Shown piece by piece: positions 14,638-26,100 of a stretch of DNA of 64,000 nt. Under the pieces are notes generated by a model. That model was not told the DNA's origin, did not search any database, and saw only the letters and a program-made list of their open reading frames with translations. Numbering within the stretch: position 1 is the first letter of the stretch; every line of letters begins with the position of its first letter. Origin of the DNA: Magallana gigas (taxonomy: Eukaryota); the NCBI RefSeq assembly GCF_963853765.1, contig NC_088858.1, positions 54,498,001 to 54,562,000 of the forward strand, read 5' to 3'. Made by a program: the position numbers and the translations under genes.

Positions 14638-15771
14638 ATGGAAAATTCATCAAGAATGACAAACAACACTGACTTCCGGTGCGCCGTTTCTAATGGCAGC
14701 ATGGAGGCGTACATCTGTATCATCTCTGAGTTTGCGCCAATGACGATATGGTTTGATCGTTACATGACCATATTCTGGTACTGTGTGGGGATAACTGGGA
14801 ATTCTCTCACCATTAAAATATGGTCAACACGCGTCAGTCGGACCAACATTTCCGCTCTGTATCTTATCGTGCTTGCGATCACGGACCTGTTTTACCTGTT
14901 GTTGCACGTGATACAGGAGCTGAAGTTTGCCTGGGGCCTCGCTACCATTGACATCGAGGGCTGGTGTCAGATCTACTTTGTTTTTTACATGTTTGCTATG
15001 TACATGAGCCCATTGTTGATCCTTGGGTTCACCATTGAACGTTTCTTGTCCATTATACACCCTTTCAAAAGTCAGAGGTTTTCCACAACCAATCGAGGAC
15101 CGTTTGAGATATCTGGTATTACCGTGCTTGCCCTTCTCCTAGCTCTACCTCAGATATTCTGCTGGGATGTTATATACGGCGAGTGTCAAGGACCAAACAG
15201 CGACTTTCCTCGCGTGTGGATGTGGGTCTCCGACAGCCTCGTCTTTGTAATATTCCCTGTGACGTCACTCGTTTTGAATACGCTTGTAATGAGGGCGGCT
15301 TCCAAAGCGGACAAAATACGGAGAAGTACGGTGCCGCTGTGTCGAGGTCTTTCTACTCCGGATAAAAACGGACACCATAGCAAAGCCAAGAGCAGTCCCA
15401 CTACTTTGACCTTACTGTGTGTCTCCTTTTATCGAATTATTACTGTCATCCCGGTGTCCATTCTATTTGCTCTTCAGGGAGAATTCAAGTATGGCAACTT
15501 CGAGCTGCCACTGTCGGAGATCGCGAAGGACCGAGTGTGGAGAAATCATCTGTCGTGGTACAAAGCCAAAAAAACCGTGGACGAGATCGGCTTGTCGCAG
15601 TACTGTTGTAACATATTTATCTACCTTGTCACCGCCCACCACTTCCGGCGTGAGATGAAGAAACTCTTCTATTTTGTGCCGTTCATGCGCAGTGATGAGT
15701 TTTCTGATACCTTTAACACAGCCTCCATGGAAATGAGCTTTCTGAAAAACAAGCCCAAGGATGATGTGTAA
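14638..15771 (+). CDS. Class A (rhodopsin-like) peptide GPCR, FMRFamide/sex-peptide-receptor-like, single coding exon
   Basis: ORF 14482-15771 has seven hydrophobic segments, TM1 GITGN, TM2 LAITD, TM3 TIERF (DRY variant), TM7 CNIFIY and ECL cysteines. The start is placed at MENSSRM (14638) because a pyrimidine tract plus AG acceptor ends at 14611, making the upstream part of the ORF probably intronic. N-glycosylation sequons lie in the N-terminus. Confidence 0.85.
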   Translation: MENSSRMTNNTDFRCAVSNGSMEAYICIISEFAPMTIWFDRYMTIFWYCVGITGNSLTIKIWSTRVSRTNISALYLIVLAITDLFYLLLHVIQELKFAWGLATIDIEGWCQIYFVFYMFAMYMSPLLILGFTIERFLSIIHPFKSQRFSTTNRGPFEISGITVLALLLALPQIFCWDVIYGECQGPNSDFPRVWMWVSDSLVFVIFPVTSLVLNTLVMRAASKADKIRRSTVPLCRGLSTPDKNGHHSKAKSSPTTLTLLCVSFYRIITVIPVSILFALQGEFKYGNFELPLSEIAKDRVWRNHLSWYKAKKTVDEIGLSQYCCNIFIYLVTAHHFRREMKKLFYFVPFMRSDEFSDTFNTASMEMSFLKNKPKDDV

Positions 15772-17234
15772 TTGCGCGTGAGACTGTTATGTTATCGTTA
15801 CAGTGACGTAGCAATGAAAGTTTGATTTTAATGGTTTGATAAATTATTTATTTATTATAACTATTTCATTTGGAAAGGTTAACGTTGGAATTTTTGAAAA
15901 AATGATTTATGTTCACATGTTTAAAAAATACAAGATTCTAATCCATTTTTTAAATTGAAGTTGTCAATATGAATAAATAAAATAAAGTTTTTATTTCCCT
16001 TCTCGAATAATTTAAGGATAAATAAATGTGTAAATCGATTCATGCACGGATCTTCTGAGAACAAAATGATTCTAAATATGCAATGAAGTTGGAAACAATT
16101 TTTCTAAAACAGAAAGAAATTTATTATAGAAAACTAGATATTTTCCATCCATATTCCAGCCAAAAATCATAAATGATTGATTAAACGGTTAACACGAGTT
16201 ATTGGATTATAACTTATTATAGTATTACACAATTTCGATACAGCATAACCATAATTCTTCCCATCTCCCAACAATCTCATCTTCTATGCAAACAATATTG
16301 CATTACGTACAGTGAATATCCATTGAAAATCTTGCTTAAAGAGACCCCATCATCGCATTTTAACGATAAATACGATGTAAAACCTATACATCGTTGTTGT
16401 GGTTGGATTTATCAAGGAGGCGATTGTTATTATTGGCTTCAATTTAGTTGGTTGGATTTTTTTAATTTGTATTCAAAATGAGGTAAAATTGCGAAATTGA
16501 ATTGATCTCAAAGTGTTAAAACGTTGACATATATAATATTATAATTATGGTTGTTATGCTTGAGTTCGGGAATGATGAGCAGTAAAAGTGGCAACACTCT
16601 ATTCAGTACCATTTTAACAAGAGCTTGGACTTTGTTTAGTTGTGTCAAACAGTAATGTGACACAGGCATGTATATTTCATTGCTGGCCACTCAGCCATGG
16701 CTCTTTGATATCAACAAGAATTGTCTGGCTTTTGAGCTAAGACTACGCAATAGGTGCATATTTCGCTTAAAACCGCGTCATTTTAAACTTGTTTTAACGC
16801 AAGATATAGATAGCTACGTCCTAATGAGAGTCCAAGGTCTTGTTAAAATGGTTCTAATAGAAAAATAAACCTAGAACACACAACGCATTCCGTGATTTTG
16901 AAACGTAAAGCGTCGCTACCGACTTAGGTTTTAGCTACTGAAAAGAAGCAAATTAGTTGTAAATGAAATATCTGACTCGTAAACGTTTGATAGCTGGTAT
17001 ATCCGATATAGTGAGGACATTATTATATCTGTTGATACTAGTAACATAAGTAGATATTGTCGTTCTTTTTAAAGTATAATCAGCTAACGTGAGTAAGCCT
17101 TGGATTTGTTTTGCAAACTTTGGTTTGATTTTAAGGTATTCCGTCAGTGCACGGGGCTGGGTAACACAGTGTCAGGATGGCATCCGCACTCTACTGTAAA
17201 AGGTATCGATACAGTGTGTCATCACAATGTGTCA

Positions 17235-17530
17235 GTACACGATGTCCACACACGGTATTTGTACACAATGCTAGCACCTGGTGCTATTACATGGCATCAA
17301 TGCAATATGTCGGTACACGATGTCATGACACGGAATCCACACACAGTATTTGTACACAATGCTAGCACATGGTGCTATTACATGGCATCAATGCAATATG
17401 TCGGTACATGATGTCATGACACGGAATCCATACACGATATTTGTACACAATGCTAGCACCTGGTGCTATTATATGGCATCAATGTAATATGTCAGTACAT
17501 GACACGGAATCAGTACAGGGTGTTTGTACA
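17235..17530. repeat. About 91-bp tandem repeat, about 3 units
   Basis: TATTTGTACACAATGCTAGCAC recurs at about 91-bp spacing. Confidence 0.85.
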
Positions 17531-19405
17531 CAGTGTAAGCATCTTGCCAGGGGGCTATAAAGCTTAAACGAGCTCACTTTTGATCTCATTCTCACTTTTT
17601 CACTATATGTTCCTTTGGTAAAAGTGAGACTGAGATCAAAAGTGCGATCGTCTAACTGTTATGGTCTCTGAGCTTGGTGTTTATACATGGCATCAATACA
17701 ATGTGTCAGTACTCGACGTCATGACACAATTAATGTTATGACACGGTATCAGTCTTAAGTCTCGGTACAAGATGTGATGAATGGGCACCATTACAAATTG
17801 CCTTTTATCGTGTCAGTCATGAGTGCACAAAACAATGGCATGTATGGTAAAAACGGCATATAACTGAGCCATTTGGCAATCTAACAGGATGTCAGAACAT
17901 ATGTCAAAAAGACTTTAACGTTAACGGTCTTTTAGTTGTAAAAAAAAAACCCATTTAACAATACATATTCATTTAAACATTGATGTCGGGATAACACGCA
18001 CTCACGCTTTGAACTAAATGTAATAAACGGACAGTCAGATGGAATCTCGCAGTGTCCTTACTGATGCTGCCTTGTTTTACACAGAATACTGTATCTATCT
18101 GTGATGTATGACATTCAAAACAACTTTCCTCTATATTTTACATGCATGTTCATTTAGACTGAAAATCGCAAATATATGCAAATAAATGATATGGTTTAGA
18201 GTGTAAGTAATTTTCCATCAGTTGAAATCACGTAAATCGAGGTAAGGTAAATGCGAACAGTGTCGGTAACATTTATATTAATGGAAACCTCAATATGATA
18301 TTAGTCAGTGTCTTTTCTGCATTTAATCCATTTTGATACGATGATTAGTTCAGTAATTTTTATTTTCCCGCACTTTATGGCTTTAAGGTAGTTATATAGA
18401 AAATAAAATAAATTCTTTCTATTCAATTTGAAATGCTTTAAAAAAGTCACACGGATACCTCTGTTCAGTTTTAATGTAATATCTTTTTACAGAATAGGTC
18501 AAGAACAATGACACTATTTTAGACCATTTTAAGAGAGACTGTAGGCAATCTGGATATATTTCATTCGTCATAAATGAAAAAAGTCCGAGTTCCTTATATT
18601 TCATTGCAAATGATAGTTACAAAACACGATTTTTCCCTGAGTTATCTTTAGACTGGGCTCCGGTACTTCTTATTGAACAAACTATAAAAATGTCATGAAG
18701 CATCACTGAAAGAACTCATACAATGTATCTCAAATCTAAGAAACTCGTAAGCTCATTTCATATGCTACATGTAGATTATAACCTTAAAATTGACAAGCAT
18801 GTTAAGAAAGCAAAAAAACCTATTCAGTTCTACCTGGAGAAGGCTAAGGAAAAGCAAAGCGGAAGGATCACACTCTCAGACAGAGCTAGGATTTGCGAAA
18901 CAAGAATCGAATCAGCCTGGGGGCGAAACGTGAGGGACTCACCAATCTCATCAAAATGACATTCAAAATGAACTTTCACGTTTGGTCGAGCAATGGAATA
19001 TTAGATCCTTTGCAGAAATATCTAACTTCGTCCAATATTTGAAACCTCAATATCAATTCAACAGTTAGAATATATTTTGATTTTTACAGACTTATCATTT
19101 TGAAAAATTTTAAATATGTTTAGAATTACCATTTTAACGCCATTATCTAATTTATGTTATTGTTTTTATCTGAGTTTGAAAATCTAAATATGTTTCATAT
19201 ATTTTGTGACTCAATCAGTTTATACAATTATTAATTTGTCCTATATTTGCACACTTATTTAAATTTTAAAGATTTTTTTTTGTAAATTGGTGAAAATGAA
19301 AAGTACATCCAGCTGCGTAGAGGAATTGACAACGTAGATAACGGCGCCGTACCATCGGACCTTGTCTTATCTGTCACGACACCGCAAACCTTTGTGCCTA
19401 TCGTA

Positions 19406-20071
19406 ATGAGGTTCCTTGATTTGATTTTGGTAAGTGAAACACGTTCATCTGTATGCCTGCACTCGGTATTTGTTAATAAAACAGCAGTTATCTTACGAGT
19501 GCCTTCTCCTTGTTTCAGTACACATTGCTGCTACAACAGAGTCACATTCCGAGTTGTGGTACGTCTTTTATACAGTTTCAACTCCATGTACCGGCGAGTT
19601 TGTTGCATTTCAGTTTTATATATATTATTATACAGGGAAAATTAAGGTAAATTAACAGATAAGATTATCATTATCTCATTGATCTCTAGCCTAGTTTATG
19701 CATTAATTTTGTTTTAGAAATTACTTCCGCTCAAAAATATGTTTCATCGTCTTCGTTATAAGATTACAACATAGACTCCAAGTGTTCAAGTTTACATGTA
19801 AACATTTTTTCATACTAGAGAACTGTAGCAAGTAAGTAATCAGGTTCAACTGTTATTCCTAAATCCTTTGCTTATGTTGAGAAATGTTCTCTATGATGTT
19901 ATCTTATAGCGGGTGAAACGACACCTATTCGTCTGGTAAATGGTGCGCATGCGTATGAGGGACGAGTGGAGGTGTACCACGGCGGGCGGTGGGGAACCGT
20001 TTGTGACGATGGATTTGATGCGGAAGATGCGGTGGTAGTTTGTCGTATGTTGGGTTACATAGCAGTGTAAG

Positions 20072-20143
<72 letters not shown>

Positions 20144-23100
20144 TTATTTATTTATTTAATAAGAAAACACGAAAAACGTTCAATATAGCTTAAGCGCGTT
20201 CATTTTAAAACCTTCAGAAGCTATATAATAGAGAGGTTGAGATTTAAAACGTGTACGGGTACGCGTACGTGTGTTAAAACTACACGTACACGTACACGTT
20301 TTTGTAATTTATCAGTTGAGATTTCTTAACTTATGGGATATAAATGTGTACGTTAATCGACGCAGTTTTGTGACATGAATTTATTTAGTTAATTCCAAAT
20401 AAATGGTAAATTTCTTATCAATTTTCAATGAAATGAAGCTTAAAAATCTATATAATGTATCACAAGAATACATTCACTCATCAAAAAGATTTTATTTGTT
20501 GTAAAAAGCTACACGTTTGTACTTACGTGTAGACGACACTCTACAAGTTTAGAGAACGTGTAGAAACCATGTCGTCACAAAAACTGATGACGTAATTCGC
20601 GAAGATATTAGGTGGTTCCCCTAGTTCACGTACACGTACCCGTACACGTTTGAAATCTCAACCTCTCTAATGGTAACGTGTCGTCAAAAAACTTCAACGT
20701 TGAACGGCAATGTCTATTATGACGTCATAGTTAGATTTAGCGGAAAAAAAATATAATTTGCAACATAGTAGATAACATACAATTCAATACATTATTATAA
20801 CAGACAGTTCAATTTGGGTTTAAAAATACGGATGAAATGTTTTTCTTTTTCTATTCTTTGCACATTACTGTCACTCAACAGTTTGAAAAATGGAAATATT
20901 TTAAACTGTTTATTACTGCAAGTGTCCAAATGATCACTTAACAGTATCTGTCGATATCCCGGGGTGTTTATGTGTTGTTTGTTTACACGCACACGGGCCC
21001 GAAGTGGATTGCTTCACCCCTGCGAATGTGTTCGGAATATTTTCTTTATCGTTGCTAAGTATATAATAAATCCAAAGGTGCTCGAATGAAAGATCACAAG
21101 ACTTCACCGAGATTTGTTCAGTTCCTGTAAAATTTCGAGCGGAAGTATAAGTGTTCGGATAATATTCTCAAAATACGTAAGTACTGGTCGTTTTTCATAT
21201 CATATCCTACTTTGATTTATGTTAAAACATGACAATCTTTTAAGATGTACGTCTTATTTCACTATATAGCGGTTATTTATATTAACGATAATATTCAGAA
21301 CAGAGTTATCGTTCGTGTTCAACCACATGTAGAGTGGTTGAAAATATAAACATTGGGTTGCTTAATAAAATCATAGCCATGTTTGATGCTTGTGGTGTGC
21401 AATAACATGTTTTTAAAAAAAATAATGGGTGTCTGTCTTGCATAAATACTTAGAATATCGAGCCATTTTCAAGGAACATTCTGCATAAAATAGTATAGTC
21501 TATTTCACTATTGATACTATTACTAGGTCAGGCGCGGATCGAAAATTAACCCTCATAAAGAATCTCTACAAAGCATGTTAATTGTTGGACAGAGAAAAAA
21601 ACTATTTTTTTGTATTGTCACATTTATTTCTAGAAAACATTTTATCCACCAAATAATGAAGATAAAGTTTAAAATCAATAAACCACTAGATTTTAATCAT
21701 ATTTGATTACAAGTACCTAGATTCTATGAAATACTAGTAGACTATGAATACGAGGCACGATTTTTACTGCGAAACTGAAAGGGTCAAATAAAACCACGTG
21801 GTCTAAAATTTAAATGACAATAACATTCGCAGGGGTGTGCTTGTTTCCCCAATATTGTACTCGTTGCAGCCTGGACATGTTATAACATATAATACATTCT
21901 TAGTGTCACATGACATGTCCGTCTTTACGATGAATTCTTTTCCGCTGAAGTCGTACTTAGATCCCTCTGTAATATGGTCACAGGTCCCGCATCGTGGGTT
22001 TCTACATTTAGTAACTGTGTGTTTAGTATCAAAATGGGAAGTGCACAATATTCGTTTTAGTTTTTAGGCTGACGTCTGCTGTTAATGAGGTTCACATCTT
22101 TGTAAATTTCTTTCGTGGATTGGTCGTTGATGAGGATATTATTAAACTGATGAATTATTGGCGTAATGTTCATATTTCTTGGATTAAAAGTATGTACAAA
22201 TGGAATAATATCAATGGTTTTTTCCGGATGTTTACTGGCTAATAATTCCGATCTATCATACTTCCTGGCTTTACGAATTCCGTCGTCAATGAGACCTTCG
22301 GGATAACCTTGGTTAGTGAGGTAATGTTTGAGTTCCCTGAGGCGTATGTCTTGGGTGTTTTCATCGCTCACAATGGTACAAATACGTCGAGCTAAATTAT
22401 ATGGAATAGCAGTTTTTGTATGATGAGGGTGACACGAATTAAAATGAAGATATTGATGTGTGTCAGTTGTTTTGTAGTATATATCAGTAAACAGTTTTGA
22501 ATTCTTCTTTATAACCAGAACGTCCAAAAATGGTAATTTGGTGTCACTACTTTCTAAAGTAAATTTGATGTTGGGATCAAGGTTGTTCACAAGTTGATGA
22601 AATATCTTTAAATTTTCGTCACTATTATTCCATAAAATAAAGCAATCGTCAAAAAATCGTTTCCAACTAGATTGAATAGATCTGGCTTCTCCTTCTCCCC
22701 AGAGTGAAAGTATTTCTTCAAGGTATCCAAGAGTAACAGTGGCGTATGTTGGTGCCACCTTTTTTAGGAGGAGGCAAGCCCAATCGAGGGCAAAGATACA
22801 TACCGAGGAAACGCCAACAACGGACACAGATGTATTAGATGCTCGTGAAGCTAATATCACACAGCAACCAATGCAACATAATCCTTAAGTGTTCAACCTC
22901 TCGAACAGAGTATTGAATGAAACTGAAATAAAATTATTATCAAAAGGTTTAAAATATACACCAACTCTCCGTATGAATAACGAACAACTTAAAACGGATA
23001 TTAAGGAATGTACAAGAAAACTTCGACTAAAGGAATATTTTTACGAGGATGATGATGATTCTACACAAAATCTAAATGAGGAACAAGAACAGGATCTCGT

Positions 23101-26100
23101 CAGAAACAAGTCAGATTTTAATCCAAAACGGGGTAGAAATCAAACTTTTGATACAGTGTGTAATACTCTTGATAATTTCCAACTTTCTAACGTTCCAAGA
23201 CAAACAAAGTCAAATCTATCGAAAAAAGAGGAACAAGCCTTCAAAGATTTATGTCATGATGACAGCATTGTTATCAAAGAGGTCGACAAAGGAGGCGGAG
23301 TTGTTGTAATGAATAAGGCATATTATGAAGTTAAAATATTAGATATGCTTAATGACCCAGAATATTATAAACACGTTGAAGAAAACCAGGAGAAAAAAAC
23401 TCAGTCAAAATAAAACAATTTGTGAATGAAAATTTGTCAAATATCACTACAAAGGAAAGAGACTATCTTATTAACTTTGATGCCCGAGAAAGTCAATTCT
23501 ACGGATTACCAAAAGTGCATAAATCATTACAAATAAAAAATGCTGTAAAAAACCCAGACTGGAGAATATATTTGCTGCCTAAATCCAGTAGACCTCTCTT
23601 TTAGACCTATTGTAGGAGGACCTAATTCATCCACCGAAAGATTAAGTCATTTGATTGATATTTTACTAAAACCCTACTGTGAAAAAGTTCCCAGTTTTAT
23701 TAAGGATGATGTGAATTTAATAAACCAATTGCCTGAAAGTGTTCAACATACCGCAAAACTTGTGTCATTGGACGTGGTCAGTTTATATTCTAATATACTG
23801 TAACGTTTCTGAGTTCGATATGGGATTCGGCTGCTCTGCCTGAGCAAATCAAAGAGTGAATTAAATGATCTATTTCCTCAATCACAGATTTAAATTTGAA
23901 ATATGTACAAATAATATCCCCCGGTTCTCTGTGGCGCACGCACTTCAAACTACGATTGCGTATGCGCTGCTCGAAGACAGGAGCGTACGCGCCGTTCCGG
24001 GACTGTAGCGTTCTAACTACTGTCAACAAGCCAATTTGTATATTTATTACTCCAAATATACACCTATAGTCTCGAAAGCCTATTACAGGCACGTAAGACT
24101 ACAGACAGGTTATTCTTACCAACCTTAATTTCTTTCCTGGCTTCGATGTGTTGATGTCTCGGCCGTCGAACACAGACTCTCCGATCCTACTGATTTTCTC
24201 AGCTTATATACCCTTCGGGTATCACGTGACCAGCTGAGGATCGAATGGGATGAGTACATGAAACCGGAAGTCAGTCAGCACAATTCTACCACAGGGAACC
24301 GAAGGGATATTTTCGATTTTGATCATAACTTCGCTTCACAACCCACACCTCCGAGGAATGCGTCTCGCATTCTCACAAATCAATATCAAAAAGGAACAAG
24401 ATTAAACAACACTATACATTTTTTTTTTTAATTTTCCGTTTATCTAAGACAGTAACATATATTTTCAGATGCACTACATCTAATTCTCAAAGCAAACATG
24501 TAAAGGTTAATAGTAATAGCAGTGCAATATCTTTGCTCTCTAGCTTGAAATTGACCAAAAGTCATCTTAAAACCACTCTTCATCTTCATGGACTTCTATC
24601 ACCGATTCTCCACCAACTTGATACGATTTCTGAACTCGATCTAAGCGCCTCCTCTTAGTTCCTTCTGTCTGCGTGTCAACATTTACTCCCGTTGAAGTCA
24701 AGGTCTGGGTAGATGCGTCCACGGTAAGTATACCAGCTTGAACAGCAACGGCCCTTAAGGTGCTTGGTTTGGATGCAGAAGCAGTAATGGTGAGGTCTTT
24801 AGCTGCTCGCTCACGTGGAGTTATCATCGGAGTCGCAAAAGGACTTGGAGCAGTTGGAACAACGGCATCAGGACTCACTATGGCCTTTGCTCTAGGAACA
24901 TAAACTGGAAGTGGTCTCGTGGGTTTCCTCTTCGTCACTTCTGGGGTAACAGGGATTGTGCGCAGGATGTCAGATTCACCTACCACGTCAGAGAGACTCC
25001 CAGGATCCAATGATTCCCACTCATGATCAGACTCGCTTTCTGCTTGTACGGTTCCAGAACTACCACTGTGCCGTGTTCTCTCGTGTCTCTGCATATCACT
25101 CTTCTTGTTGGTGGCGTAATCACACTGCGTACACTCAAATCTTTTCTGGCGACGCTTCCTTCCACACTCTATAACATGTTTCTCCCAGGAATTCTCTTCC
25201 ATAATGCGCTCATTGCACATAGGACATCGGTGTCCCTCTTTCCTAGCAGTGGTCTTAGTGTTAACCATTTCCTACAACATAAAATAACAATACCAAACAT
25301 TGAATTCTGTCTGCTCACTATTTACACATTTTAAACAATACAGATATTATAACTGAACTATATTTTGTATTCTACCACAAAATCATCATGCCAAGCAGGT
25401 GCGCGTTTTTGGCGCAGGGGTCTACTTTTAAGGTCTGCGCTCGCGCTTTCTATATCATTATCACACACATGCGTATTGTCATCAATAGCATGCAAGTTGT
25501 CAGCCTCATACTCTATTTCGTTTCTCTCTACTGGCAGTTCTTGTTCTTCACCTGTCAATATCTGAGATTTACACTTTCGCATGCGATCGCAATGAATAAC
25601 ACCACTCTTGCCTCGAAATCCGCATGCTACTATGTAAAGAAAATCAGACAACTTTTTCTCTATGACAAAAGGACCTTTCCAAAACGATGTCAGTTTTGGC
25701 GAATAGCCGCTTTTTCTAACCGGAAAATACACATAGACCTTTTCACCGGGCTCAAATATTGACCATGCTACTTTCGCATCATGATATTTCTTCTGGCGTA
25801 GCATCTCTTTTTCTGTATGTTCTCTAACAATTTTGTGCGCGGTTTCCAGGCGTTCACGCAAAATCCATACCCACTGATTAGAAGGAATGTCTTTTATATC
25901 AGATGACATCTCGTACATCAGGTCTAACGGAGTAGTCGCCTCTCTACCCAACATCAACATGTTTGGGGAGAAGTTAGTTGTCTCGTGCGCTGTGGATCTG
26001 TAAGCCATTAATAAATAAGGGAGATACACATCCCAGTCACGCTGGTTTTCTTGAACATAGGTACTGAGCATCGAGAGCAGTGTACGGTTAAATCGTTCCA

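Larger units (their letters stand above)
20140..22762 (-). mobile_element. Penelope-like element, inverted partial copy (RT C-half + GIY-YIG + 3' UTR/pLTR), interrupted by two MITEs
   Basis: Reverse complement of the 31385-32536 segment, about 98% identical by eye count, with a 15-nt deletion. Stop at 20795, followed by about 220 nt of 3' UTR (MITE excluded) running to the (TA)n. Confidence 0.9.

Noticed and set aside
18660-18959. 78-aa Lys-rich ORF upstream of the SRCR gene
   Set aside because: No domain similarity and no compatible splice link to the signal-peptide exon.
22780-22860. N-terminus [10 protein letters not shown]... of the 267-aa minus ORF
   Set aside because: It is the antisense of the forward PLE copy read across the inversion junction, not a real N-terminus.
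23790-24092. 100-aa ORF duplicated at 30662-30958
   Set aside because: Lies within the LTRs, runs off the LTR end into different flanks, and has no recognisable motif.
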